The notes: a model not told the origin generated them from the letters alone. A stretch of DNA of 64,000 nucleotides from an uncultured Clostridia bacterium (GCA_944393565.1 CALYAM010000005.1:11405-75404), one strand, 5' to 3'. Positions 9,890-20,748 are shown, counted from the first letter of the stretch. A program made the numbers and translations.

Positions 9890-11272
9890 ATGAAATTTAT
9901 TATGAAAATACCATTTCACATTACATTGCTTGTGGGAAAAGCAGTTGCAAATATAGCTAAACTTGTAGATAAAAAAAGAGGCACAAACATTTCAGGAAAA
10001 ATTGCCACAGCATTGTGCAATGATTTTGTAAAACATTTTAAAAATATTGATTTTAGTAAGGTTATAATGGTAACTGGAACTAACGGAAAATCAACTACTA
10101 CAAATTTAATTGCTCATACAATCAAACAAAGCAATAGAAAAACAGCAACAAATGGAGAAGGGGCAAATATGATGGGAGGAGTAGCAACAACTTTAATAAA
10201 AAATTCTACTCTAACAGGGAAATTTAACAAAGAGTTTTTAGTGTTAGAAATTGACGAAAGAAGCTTGCCATCAATATATAAAGTGCTACCAGCTAAAAAC
10301 CTAGTAATAACCAACTTGCAAAAAGACCAAGTTCAAAGAAATGGGGACCCAGACTTTATTTATAGGAAATTTGCAGAAGTAATTAATAAAGATATTGTTC
10401 TTTTCTTAAACAACGAAGAGCCAAGAAGTAAAGGATTAGAAGATAAAGCAGGACAAGTTATATATTTCAGTGTAAATAAAAATGATGAGAGCTTTAATAA
10501 AAGCAATTTTTATGATATTACCATGCCATGTCCAAAGTGCAATCATATAATAAAATACGAATACTTTAATTTAGAAAGTATAGGGAAATTTTATTGCACA
10601 AACTGCAATTACTCATCAGAAGAAAAACCGGATATTTATGTTTCAAATATAGATTCTGAAGGAAATAAAATAATATGTAATAACGAAACTTATTCTATTA
10701 CATATAATACACCATTTTACATTTATAATTATGCAGCAACTGTTTCCGTATCTAAGAAAATAGGACTTACTGAAGAAGAAATTAACCAAGGATTTAAAAC
10801 ATTTGTAAATCCTGGAGAAAGAAGAGAAATATTAAAATATAAAGATAAGGTAATTCATTACCTAAGGATGAAACAAGAAAATCCAGAAACTCTACAATCT
10901 GCTTTAGATACTGTTGCAAAAGACAAAACTGAAAAAGCAATTTTTATAGGGCTTTATGAAGTAAAAGACTTTTTACCTTATTATTCAAATACATTTTACT
11001 TTTATGATTGCAATTTTAAGGATATAGCCAATACTCCAGTCGAAAAATATATTGTTTTTTCAAAAACAGTTTGTTATGACACAGCAAACAGAATAATATA
11101 TGATGGAGCTGATCCATCGAAAATAGAAATATATGATTATGAAGAGGATATTTCTGTCATATTAAAAAAAATGGATGATATAAAAACTAAAAACATTTAT
11201 ATTTTAACTGGAATGAAACCATATTCTAATATTAAGAATTTCTTAGCCGAGGAGGAAAAAGCAAATGGATAA
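9890..11272 (+). CDS. murT: lipid II isoglutaminyl synthase subunit MurT (Mur ligase family with DUF1727)
   Basis: Mur ligase P-loop 'MVTGTNGKSTTT' and a Cys4 zinc-ribbon insert (CPKCN...CTNCN). Followed by its GatD partner. Confidence 0.85.
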   Translation: MKFIMKIPFHITLLVGKAVANIAKLVDKKRGTNISGKIATALCNDFVKHFKNIDFSKVIMVTGTNGKSTTTNLIAHTIKQSNRKTATNGEGANMMGGVATTLIKNSTLTGKFNKEFLVLEIDERSLPSIYKVLPAKNLVITNLQKDQVQRNGDPDFIYRKFAEVINKDIVLFLNNEEPRSKGLEDKAGQVIYFSVNKNDESFNKSNFYDITMPCPKCNHIIKYEYFNLESIGKFYCTNCNYSSEEKPDIYVSNIDSEGNKIICNNETYSITYNTPFYIYNYAATVSVSKKIGLTEEEINQGFKTFVNPGERREILKYKDKVIHYLRMKQENPETLQSALDTVAKDKTEKAIFIGLYEVKDFLPYYSNTFYFYDCNFKDIANTPVEKYIVFSKTVCYDTANRIIYDGADPSKIEIYDYEEDISVILKKMDDIKTKNIYILTGMKPYSNIKNFLAEEEKANG

Positions 11273-12002
11273 AGTGGTTATAAATTTAGTATGGCTATAC
11301 CCAGATATTTTAAATCTTCATGGAGAAAGAGGCAGTGTACAAGCATTTCAAAGAGTTTGTGAGAACTTAGGAATTACAATTAATATAAAAAGAGTTAATG
11401 AATATTCAGAAAAAATAGACTTTAAAAACACGGATATAATTTTTTGCCCACCTGGAGAATTAAAAGTAATATATGATATTAAAGAAGCTATTTCAAAACA
11501 AATGGATGAATTGAAAGAATACATCGATGCAAGGAAATATTTTATAACTATTGGAACAACAGGATGTTTACTAGCAAAAGAGACAATACGTGAAAATGGT
11601 GAAAAAATAGAAGGGCTAGGAATATTTGATATGACATGCAAGGAAAGAAAAACGGTAATAGGAGATGACTTACATTTTGTAATTGAGAAAACAAAACAAG
11701 AGATAATCGGTTCTCAAATTCAGATGATAGACTATGAACTAAATAATCAAGAGCCTTTAGGGACAATAATTTACGGTTATGGAAATAATAATACAAGCAA
11801 AGAAGGAGCAAGAGTTAAAAACGTTATTTTCACAAACTGCTTAGGACCGGTATTTGTCAAAAACCCATGGTGGGCTGAGAACATAGTGATGAATGTAGCA
11901 TTAAATAAGATGAATATATATAATGAGAATGAGTATGAACTGGAAAATAAATCATTTACAAGTACAAAGAAATTTATAAAAGAAAAGCCAAAACAAATAT
12001 AA
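11265..12002 (+). CDS. gatD: lipid II isoglutaminyl synthase glutaminase subunit GatD (CobQ-like type 1 glutamine amidotransferase)
   Basis: GATase1-like protein (nucleophile Cys in 'GTTGCLL'), translationally coupled to murT with an 8-nt overlap. Confidence 0.8.
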   Translation: MDKVVINLVWLYPDILNLHGERGSVQAFQRVCENLGITINIKRVNEYSEKIDFKNTDIIFCPPGELKVIYDIKEAISKQMDELKEYIDARKYFITIGTTGCLLAKETIRENGEKIEGLGIFDMTCKERKTVIGDDLHFVIEKTKQEIIGSQIQMIDYELNNQEPLGTIIYGYGNNNTSKEGARVKNVIFTNCLGPVFVKNPWWAENIVMNVALNKMNIYNENEYELENKSFTSTKKFIKEKPKQI

Positions 12003-12016
12003 TTAAGGGGGAAAAA

Positions 12017-14217
12017 GTGGAGATAAAAGGAAGCATAGAGGAAATTATTTATCAAAATGAAACAAATGGCTATACAATTTGTAATGTAGAAACTGAAGAA
12101 GAAATAATTACAGCAGTAGGCTATCTTCCTTTTATTAATAAAGGAGATTGCTTAAAACTAATTGGGAAGTATGTAGTTCATCAAGATTATGGAAGACAAT
12201 TCAAAATAGATACATTTGAAAAAATTATGCCAGAAACAAAAGATGCAATAGAAAAATATCTTTCCGGAGGAATTATAAAAGGTATTGGACCTGCGACAGC
12301 TAGAAAAATAGTAGAAATGTTTGGAGACGAGACAATTTATATTTTTAAATTTGAACCACATAAACTTGCAAATGTAAAAGGCATAAATGAAACTAAAGCA
12401 AAAGAAATAGCACAAGAATTCAATGAAAAGTGGGAAATGTGGCAAATTGTAAATTTTTTAGATAGATTTGGTATAAGCAGTAACAATGCAAAAAAAGTTT
12501 ATGATGCTCTTGGCTCTGATGCTATTCATGTAGTGGAATCAAACCCATATATACTAATAGATATTACATATGGCGTCGACTTTAAAAAAATAGATAAAAT
12601 AGCACTAGAACTCGGAATAGAACATAATAATCTAAAAAGAATAGAAAGTGGATTAAAGTATGCACTTATACTTGTAACATATAACGGACATACATGTATA
12701 GAAAAAGAAAATCTATTACAATATGTATCAACAATGATAGATGTTAAAAAAGAAGAAGTAGAAGATGGCTTTATTAATCTAAAAGCAAAAAAAGAAATAA
12801 TAGCAGAAAATCGCAAAGACTCAGAATGGGTATACTTATACCCTTTATATAAGGCAGAGCAAAATGTTGCAGAAAAGATACAGGGATTGCTATTAAGTAA
12901 AAATGTTAAAATGATAAAAAATTTTACGCCTGAATGTAAAAAACAAGAGAAACTACTCGACATTGAATTGTCTCAAAAACAGAAAGAGGCGGTGGAGGCA
13001 GTAAATGATAACAACGTATGTATTATAACAGGAGGACCACGGAACGGGAAAAACGACGATAATAAAAGAAATTATTGCAATATATGAAAGCAAAAAAATG
13101 AAGGTAGCGTTGTGTGCTCCAACAGGCCGAGCAGCAAAAAGAATGACAGAAACAACAGGAAGAGAGTCAAAGACAATTCATAGATTATTAGAAATAGGCA
13201 AAATACAAGAGGAAAACAAGCTGGAAAATATAGACCATGAAGTAGCACCAATTGATGCAGACATTATTATAGTTGATGAAATGTCAATGGTAGATTTGTT
13301 TCTAATGAATTATCTGCTTAAAGGCATTTACTTGGGAACAAAGCTTGTATTAGTAGGAGATAGTAACCAACTTCCATCAGTTGGGCCACGGTAGCATACT
13401 TAAAGATATGATTGAATCAAATAAAATACCTGTAATTCAATTAAACAAAATTTTTAGACAAGCAGCCAAAAGCAAAATTATTGTAAATGCACACCATGTA
13501 AACAATGGAGAAGGATTTATTTCTAAAAATTCACAAGAAGTAAAAGAAACGGAGGAAGATTTTTTCTACATAAATGAATTATCACAAGAAAAAATGCTGT
13601 ATCAAGTATTATCACTTTGTAAAGATAGACTTAAAAAATATGGTAATTATGAGTTCTATAAGGATATGCAAGTCTTAACACCAACAAAAAAGGGAATGCT
13701 TGGAACAAAGGAATTAAATAAAGCACTACAAGACACATTAAACCCAAAAGGAGAACAAAAAGAAGAAAAAACATATGGGGATCAAATTTTTCGACAAGGC
13801 GATAGAGTAATGCAAATAAAAAATGACTATGATATATTTTGGGAAAAAAAGAACAGCTTAGAAAATGGTACAGGTATTTTTAATGGGGAAATTGGAACTA
13901 TTGTACAAATTGACCAAGAATCAAAGCAAATAAAAATAGAATTTGATGATAACAAAATATCATGGTATGCATACACAAGCTTAGATGAATTAGAATTAGC
14001 ATACAGCATTACAATTCATAAATCACAAGGAAGTGAATTTAATGTAGTTATTCTAGTAATACCACCTTCTTCTCCAATGCTACTTACCAGAAATCTATTA
14101 TACACTGCAATAACCAGGGCTAAAAAATTGCTAATTGTAATAGGCTCGAATAAAATAATAGAGTTCATGGTAAAAAATGCGGATAGTAAAACACGAAATA
14201 CGCGGCCTAAAATATAA
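12017..14217 (+). CDS. recD2: ATP-dependent RecD2 (RecD-like) DNA helicase, containing in-frame CGG +1 sites
   Basis: GTG start. HhH-containing N-terminal domain. Walker A is restored as 'ITGGPGTGKTT' when the C of CGG 13040..13042 is skipped. A second site, CGG 13389..13391, is followed in the 0 frame by TAG, and skipping it gives '...SVGPGSILKDMIES'. SF1 helicase motifs continue to the end. A third in-frame CGG at 14203..14205 would move the C-terminus to 14236. Confidence 0.85.
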
Positions 14218-14267
14218 GATTGAAAAATTACTTTAATTCTGGGGGCAACTTTTTTTAAGGAGCAAAA

Positions 14268-14912
14268 ATGAATAATAAATTACTAGAACTAATTTTTCCC
14301 GCTAAATGTGGATTTTGTGGAAAAATTAACACACAATATTTATGCAAAAAGTGTGAAACAAAATTAGGTTTTGAAAAATCTATTACAAATATAAATGTAT
14401 CAAAAAGTTGCTATTTTAAACATTATTTATATGGTTACTTATATAAAGAAAATATTAGAAGAAAAATGATTGATTTTAAATTTAATGATAAACCAGAACT
14501 TGCACATACATTTGCTAAACTTTTGTTAAATAATGAAAAAATATGTGGATTTTTAAAAAGTTATGATATAATAATTCCTGTACCAATGTACCACAAAAAA
14601 CAAATTCAAAGGGGCTACAATCAATCAGAACTTGTTGCACAAATAATAGGAAAAGAATTGCAAATAGAATGTATTAAAGATGTATTATATAAAAAAAGGC
14701 CTACTAAAATGCAAAGCAGTTTAGACAAGCAAATGAGACGAATAAATGTAAAGGATGCATATGATATAAAAAATGAACAAAAAATAAAAGAAAATAAGAT
14801 AATTCTATTTGATGATATTTATACAACTGGAAATACAGTAAAAGAATGTAGCAAAGTTTTAAAAAAATCAGGTGCAAAAGAAATAGCCGTACTTACAATT
14901 GCAAAAGATTAA
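14268..14912 (+). CDS. comFC: ComF family protein (ComFC-like, Cys4 N-terminus plus phosphoribosyltransferase fold)
   Basis: CGFCG...CKKCE zinc motif and a C-terminal PRTase motif 'ILFDDIYTTGNT'. Classic position after recD2. Confidence 0.8.
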   Translation: MNNKLLELIFPAKCGFCGKINTQYLCKKCETKLGFEKSITNINVSKSCYFKHYLYGYLYKENIRRKMIDFKFNDKPELAHTFAKLLLNNEKICGFLKSYDIIIPVPMYHKKQIQRGYNQSELVAQIIGKELQIECIKDVLYKKRPTKMQSSLDKQMRRINVKDAYDIKNEQKIKENKIILFDDIYTTGNTVKECSKVLKKSGAKEIAVLTIAKD

Positions 14913-14944
14913 AAATACTATTTATGCAATAGAAAGGAAGTAAT

Positions 14945-16912
14945 ATGGAAGATTTAGTAGAAAGTATATTAGATTATGTAAGAGCAGAATATACAGACTA
15001 TGCTATTATGATAAATGGTGAATGGGGAAGTGGAAAAACATATTTCTGGAATAACAAAATTCGTAAAAGAATAGACGGTATGCAATTTAATGGAAAACAG
15101 TATACAACAATATATATGTCATTATATGGAATCTCAAACTTAGAAGATATAAGCAAAAAAATATTTATTGAAACTACCCAATTAATGGACAAAAATTTAA
15201 AAAAGTACATGAATTCAAATGGTCAAACTGCAATACCAGAATATGCTAAAACAGGACTTGATATGGCAAACTTTTTTGGAGTTACACAAAATGGAGATAA
15301 AATAGATTATGCAAAATTTTTCTCCACAGATGATAAAGTACTTTGCTTTGACGATTTAGAAAGAGCAAATGTTGATGTTATAGACATATTAGGTTATATA
15401 AATAACTTTGTAGAACATGACCATATTAAAACAATTATCATATGTAATGAAAAAGAGCTTTCTACAAAATTAAAAAGCACAAATCTCGAAATGAAAACAT
15501 TTATTGCAACTTATTTGCTAGATAAAGAAGGTGATCTTTCTAAAACAGAAAAGCCAATGGTAGAAAAAATACGAGACAAAATAGAATATGTTTTTGATAA
15601 AGCAAATGATTATGAAAGGATAAAAGAAAAATTAATAGGAGAAACTTTTGAATATGCACCGGAATTTAACTACATTATAAACGGATTGCTTATGCGTTAT
15701 GAAACCAATTCAGATTTAATACGCTTTCTTAGAGAAAATACAGGAGCGATTGTATCCACTTTTAACAAAAGCGGAACGAGGAACCTAAGAATATTAAAAC
15801 ATGCATTAAATGACTTTAAAAAAATATATGAAATGGTAAATAAAAATTATCCAAAAACAAATTATAGAATCATGCAGACAATGCTTATATTTACAATTGC
15901 AATATCATTTGAAATAAAAGCAGGCAAAATTACGAAAGATAAATTTATCAATATCATGAGCAATGAAGAATACAAATCCATATTAGTATCATCAAGAGTA
16001 CTTATGGACAACAGGCAATTTTATATAAAAGAATTTGATAATAATTACTATTATAACTTCAAATCAGAATATCGTTTCTTTAAATTTATAGAGATATATG
16101 TAAGAACAAGAATTTTTGACATGAAAGTATTTAAAACAGACATGGAAACTATTATAAACACAATAGATACGGAAAAATTACCAGGCTATAAGAGGCTACT
16201 TACAGAAGAGTACTGGAAAATTGCAGATGATGAATTTGACAAAATAATAGAAAGCATTATAAGTGATATGAAAGAAGGAAAAATATCACTTATAGAAGTT
16301 GTAAAATTGTTTGCATATTTTGTTTACTTTTCAAAAAGAGGACTTATATCATATGATATAAAAACTGTAAAAACAATGTTCTTCAATGGAATGAATGTGG
16401 CTTCATTAAACTCAGAATATTGTGAAAAACCAGAAGACGAATTATCACAGCTTTCTATTATAGATAGCAGTGAGATGGAAGACATTTTAAAACACTTTTA
16501 TGAAATAAATGCACAACTTAAAGATAAAATGTACAAAGAAAAAGCAGAAGAAATATTTAAGTGCATTCCAATGAAAATGGAAGCATTTTATGACAGATTT
16601 GAAAAAGAATGTATGGATGTGCCTATTTTTAAATATTATGATATATACCAAATGTTCCAAAGAATTTCATGTGCAAGCAATGAAGATATAGTAACAATAA
16701 GAGAAATATTAAAACAGCGTGTTGACAAACATCAAAGAGAAATAGAACCAGAAATGAAAAATATAAAGCAACTAAAGCAAGTAATAGATGACTATATAAA
16801 GGGAAAAGACACAAGTATAAAAATAGTTATGCTAGACGAATTTTCAAAAGATTTAGGCTATATATTAGACAAATATAAAGGTAGCATCTTTTCTAAAACA
16901 GAGAACACATAA
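14945..16912 (+). CDS. KAP-family P-loop NTPase
   Basis: N-terminal 'INGEWGSGKTYF' matches the KAP-type GxWGxGKT Walker A. Walker B-like 'LCFDDLER'. 655 aa. Confidence 0.65.
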   Translation: MEDLVESILDYVRAEYTDYAIMINGEWGSGKTYFWNNKIRKRIDGMQFNGKQYTTIYMSLYGISNLEDISKKIFIETTQLMDKNLKKYMNSNGQTAIPEYAKTGLDMANFFGVTQNGDKIDYAKFFSTDDKVLCFDDLERANVDVIDILGYINNFVEHDHIKTIIICNEKELSTKLKSTNLEMKTFIATYLLDKEGDLSKTEKPMVEKIRDKIEYVFDKANDYERIKEKLIGETFEYAPEFNYIINGLLMRYETNSDLIRFLRENTGAIVSTFNKSGTRNLRILKHALNDFKKIYEMVNKNYPKTNYRIMQTMLIFTIAISFEIKAGKITKDKFINIMSNEEYKSILVSSRVLMDNRQFYIKEFDNNYYYNFKSEYRFFKFIEIYVRTRIFDMKVFKTDMETIINTIDTEKLPGYKRLLTEEYWKIADDEFDKIIESIISDMKEGKISLIEVVKLFAYFVYFSKRGLISYDIKTVKTMFFNGMNVASLNSEYCEKPEDELSQLSIIDSSEMEDILKHFYEINAQLKDKMYKEKAEEIFKCIPMKMEAFYDRFEKECMDVPIFKYYDIYQMFQRISCASNEDIVTIREILKQRVDKHQREIEPEMKNIKQLKQVIDDYIKGKDTSIKIVMLDEFSKDLGYILDKYKGSIFSKTENT

Positions 16913-17089
16913 CTAGCACATACTATATATATTTATATAATAGAACCAATAAATTATGATGCTGGTGTAAAATTAAATATTTATACTAACTAAAAAATTA
17001 CGGAAAATTACAATTTAAACAAAAAAATGCATAAAAACCCTTCCTTTTGAAATAATAACAGTAGACATAAATTAAAAGGAGGGAAAACA

Positions 17090-17644
17090 TTGAAAGCAAC
17101 AGGAGTCGTAAGACGAATAGATGATCTAGGAAGAATTGTAATACCAAAAGAGATAAGAAAAACATTACGTATCAAAGAAGGAGACCCTTTAGAGATATTT
17201 ACAGATAAAGAAGGTGAAGTTATACTAAAAAAATACTCACCAATTGGAGAACTTTCAGAATTTGCAACTGGATATGCAGAAGCACTTGCTAAAACAACAG
17301 GGCATATTGCTTGTATTACAGATAAAGACTCGGTAATAGCTGTATCAGGAGGATCTAAAAAAGAATTTCTAGAACAATCTTTAAGTAAAGAATTAGAAGA
17401 AATAATGGAAAATAAAGAAATATATACAAGCAAAGACAATAACGAGATTTCACTGCCTATTACAGAAAATGATAATCGTGAACGTAAATACAATTCACAA
17501 GTAATATATCCCATTATATCTCAAGGAGATGTTATTGGAAGTGTTATTCTTTTATCAAAAGATCAGAACACTAAAATGGGAGAAACAGAATTTAAAGTTG
17601 TCCAATCAGCTGCAGGATTTTTAGGGAGCCAAATGGAAATATAG
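17090..17644 (+). CDS. spoVT: stage V sporulation protein T (AbrB-type N-terminal domain plus GAF)
   Basis: TTG start. 'MKATGVVRRIDDLGRIVIPKEIRKTLRIKEGDPLEIF' is the SpoVT/AbrB swapped-hairpin domain. Confidence 0.85.
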   Translation: MKATGVVRRIDDLGRIVIPKEIRKTLRIKEGDPLEIFTDKEGEVILKKYSPIGELSEFATGYAEALAKTTGHIACITDKDSVIAVSGGSKKEFLEQSLSKELEEIMENKEIYTSKDNNEISLPITENDNRERKYNSQVIYPIISQGDVIGSVILLSKDQNTKMGETEFKVVQSAAGFLGSQMEI

Positions 17645-17650
17645 TTTGCT

Positions 17651-17695
17651 TTGTAGATAGTTAAATAATAGGTTTAACTATCTACAAATTTTATG
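17651..17695 (+). terminator. rho-independent terminator of spoVT
   Basis: Perfect 15-bp inverted repeat ttgtagatagttaaa / tttaactatctacaa followed by a T-rich run. Confidence 0.65.
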
Positions 17696-17785
17696 TAATA
17701 ATCCTTGGGAGCCTTGCATTTAGTAATCTTTTGTAATATAATGTTAAATCATAAAAACAAAAAAGCTGAAAGGAACGTGAAAAAA

Positions 17786-19543
17786 ATGAGAGCAATAGAT
17801 ATTAGAAATAAATACTTAAATTTTTTCAAAGAACACAATCATCATATTATACCAAGTGCATCACTAATTCCAGAAAATGATTCATCAGTATTGTTTACAA
17901 CGGCAGGAATGCAACCTCTAATACCATATTTATTAGGAGAAAAACACCCAGAGGGAAAACGACTTGCAGATTATCAAAAATGTGTAAGAACAGTAGACAT
18001 TGATGATGTGGGAGATAATAGGCATTTAACTTTTTTTGAGATGTTAGGAAATTGGTCTTTAGGAGACTATTTTAAAGAAGAAGCAATTCACATGAGCTTT
18101 GATTTTTTAACTAAAGAATTACAAATACCTATTGAAAAATTATCAGTTACATGTTTTGCAGGTGATAAAGACGCTATGCAAGATGTAGTTTCAGCTGAAT
18201 GTTGGAAAAAAGCAGGAATTCCAGAAAATAAAATATATTATTTCGGGAAAGAAAACAACTGGTGGATAGCAGGTTCAGAAGGACCTTGTGGGCCAGATAC
18301 GGAAATTTTTTATGATACAGGGAAACCAGCTTGTGGACCAAATTGCAACCCAGCATGTGATTGTGGAAAATATGTGGAAATTTGGAATAATGTATTTATG
18401 GAATTTTTTAAAAATTCAGATGGTACATATTCTAAATTGAAACAAAAAAATGTAGATACTGGGCTTGGGCTAGAGAGAATGGCAATGCTTTTACAAGGGA
18501 AAAAGACACCATATGAAACAGAACTGTTTGCACCAGTAATGAAAAAAATAAAGGAATTAGCCAAAATAGATAATATCCAAAGCACAAGAATTGTTGCGGA
18601 GCATTTGCGTTCAAGCATGATGATTATAGCAGATGGGGGTAGGCCAAGCAATATAGATAGAGGCTATGTGTTAAGAAGATTAATTAGAAGAATGACAAGA
18701 CATCTAAAAAAATTACAAATTGACTTAAACGAAATAACTAATTTAGTAGATATATATGTAGAAAATTTATATGAAATGTATCCAGAACTTAATCAAAACA
18801 AAGAAACCATAAAAAATATATTAATAGATGAAAAAAACAAATTCATAAAAACACTCGAAAACGGAGAAAGAGAATTTAAAAAAGCAGTAGAAAAAGTAAA
18901 AAAAGAGGGTAAAAATAAAATTGATGGTCAAACTGTATTTAATTTATATGAAACATATGGCTTTCCTCAAGAAATTACCTTAGAACTTGCAAACGAAAAC
19001 GGAGTTGAACTTGAACTAGATAAGTTTGATGAATTATATAAAAAGCATCAAGAAAAATCAAGATTAGGCTCAGAACAAAAATTTAAAGGTGGACTTGCAG
19101 AACAGAATGAACAAACAACAGCATATCATACAGCAACACACCTTTTACACCAAGCACTAAGGCAGGTATTGGGAGAACATGTAAGACAAAATGGTTCAAA
19201 TATAACAACAGAAAGATTACGCTTTGACTTTACACATCCACAAAAATTAACAAAAGAAGAATTAAAAAAAGTAGAAGACATAGTAAATGAGCAAATAAAA
19301 AGAGATTTACAAGTTACATGTGAAGAAATGTCTTTGGAAGATGCAAAAGCTTCTGGTGCTATAGGTCTTTTTGAAAACAAATATGGTGACAAAGTTAAAG
19401 TATATACAATAGGAGATTTTAGCAAGGAAATATGTGGTGGACCACATGTTGAAAGAACTGGAAAACTCGGTCACTTTGTAATAAAAAAAGAAGAATCAAG
19501 TTCATCAGGTGTAAGAAGGATAAAAGCTATTTTAGAGAAATAA
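17786..19543 (+). CDS. alanine--tRNA ligase-like protein (AlaRS catalytic and editing domains; shorter than canonical AlaS and lacks the C-Ala domain)
   Basis: AlaRS motifs: 'FTTAGMQPL', 'RHLTFFEMLGNWSLGDYFK', 'GLGLERMAML', editing HxxxH 'HTATHLLHQ', and 'CGGPHV'. About 586 aa from the RBS-proximal ATG. Confidence 0.7.
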   Translation: MRAIDIRNKYLNFFKEHNHHIIPSASLIPENDSSVLFTTAGMQPLIPYLLGEKHPEGKRLADYQKCVRTVDIDDVGDNRHLTFFEMLGNWSLGDYFKEEAIHMSFDFLTKELQIPIEKLSVTCFAGDKDAMQDVVSAECWKKAGIPENKIYYFGKENNWWIAGSEGPCGPDTEIFYDTGKPACGPNCNPACDCGKYVEIWNNVFMEFFKNSDGTYSKLKQKNVDTGLGLERMAMLLQGKKTPYETELFAPVMKKIKELAKIDNIQSTRIVAEHLRSSMMIIADGGRPSNIDRGYVLRRLIRRMTRHLKKLQIDLNEITNLVDIYVENLYEMYPELNQNKETIKNILIDEKNKFIKTLENGEREFKKAVEKVKKEGKNKIDGQTVFNLYETYGFPQEITLELANENGVELELDKFDELYKKHQEKSRLGSEQKFKGGLAEQNEQTTAYHTATHLLHQALRQVLGEHVRQNGSNITTERLRFDFTHPQKLTKEELKKVEDIVNEQIKRDLQVTCEEMSLEDAKASGAIGLFENKYGDKVKVYTIGDFSKEICGGPHVERTGKLGHFVIKKEESSSSGVRRIKAILEK

Positions 19544-19565
19544 TAAAAAAGAGGTATAAAATAAA

Positions 19566-19913
19566 ATGGAAGATTGTATATTTTGTAAAATAATAAAAAA
19601 TGAAATTCCTTCACAAATTATATATGAGGATGAAAATATAAAAGCCTTTAGAGATATTCACCCAATTGCCCCAGTACATATTTTGGTTGTGCCTAAAAAA
19701 CACATTCCGTCATTAATAGAACTAACTAATGAAGATAAAGAAATAATAGGAAAAATATATTTAGTAATAAATGAAATTGCAGAAAAGGAAAATATAAAAG
19801 AAAAAGGATTTAGGGTTATAGTAAATTGCGGAGAAGATGGAGGACAAGAAGTAAAACACTTACATTTTCATTTAATTGGTGGAAAAAAATTGGGTACAAA
19901 AATTGTTAGTTAA
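19566..19913 (+). CDS. HIT-family (histidine triad) nucleotide hydrolase
   Basis: C-terminal 'HLHFHLIGG' histidine triad. Confidence 0.8.
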   Translation: MEDCIFCKIIKNEIPSQIIYEDENIKAFRDIHPIAPVHILVVPKKHIPSLIELTNEDKEIIGKIYLVINEIAEKENIKEKGFRVIVNCGEDGGQEVKHLHFHLIGGKKLGTKIVS

Positions 19914-19976
19914 TTACTATTAAAATATAAGATAATATGATATAATAAATATATATACTTAAGAGGAGGTTTTTAT

Positions 19977-20688
19977 ATGTTTAATAGCAAATATAGTAAT
20001 TTATTAACTGCACTATTAATAATAGCTATCATCGCAATTGTGGGCTTACTTATATTTTTAGGAATAGATACTTATAGAAAATACTACATAGAAAAAGAAA
20101 CTCGGACAAGGTGTAGAACATTTTAACGAAATTGTTACAAACGAAATGTCAAATATCATACAAAATGGTATTGGAAATGTTAACATTTCCAATGGAACAG
20201 GAAATAATATAACAAATCCATATGCAAATATGAATTTAAATAATACTGGGAATTCTGGCAACACAGGAAATAATGAACAAACTGAAATATATTATAAGGG
20301 GTTCGTACAAAAAGGGAATATAAGTATACCAAAAACAGGTTTAGAATGTCCAATATTAGAAAATGCAACGAGCCCGGCGCTAGAAGTTGCTGTTGCAATC
20401 CAATTTGGACCTGGATTAAATGAGGTAGGAAATACTGTTATTGCGGGGCATAATTATCATAATGGATTATTTTTTTCGAATAACAACAAAATAGAAACTG
20501 GAGATCAAATATATATTAGAGATAGAAGCGGAACAACAGTAAAATACATAGTATATAGTAAATTTGAAACAACATCAGAAGATACATCTTATATTAATAG
20601 GAATACAAATGGAGCAAGAGAAATCACACTATATACATGTAATGATGACAGCAGTAAAAGAATAATTATATTAGCAAAAGAAGAATAA
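19977..20688 (+). CDS. sortase (transpeptidase) containing an in-frame CGG +1 site
   Basis: N-terminal TM anchor (MFNSKYSNLLTALLIIAIIAIVGLLIF). The in-frame CGG at 20103..20105 is followed by a 0-frame stop. Skipping its C gives '...EKETGQGVEHFNEIV...' continuous with the catalytic domain ('VIAGHN', 'ITLYTCN'). Confidence 0.75.
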
Positions 20689-20719
20689 TTACAGATTTGA
20701 TGTATTTTGGAAATAATAG

Positions 20720-20748
20720 TTGACAAATTAATAAAAATTGTTTAAAAT
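20720..20748 (+). promoter_or_regulatory. promoter of the tRNA operon (TTGACA-N17-TAAAAT)
   Basis: Consensus -35 at 20720..20725 and TAAAAT at 20743..20748. Confidence 0.5.
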
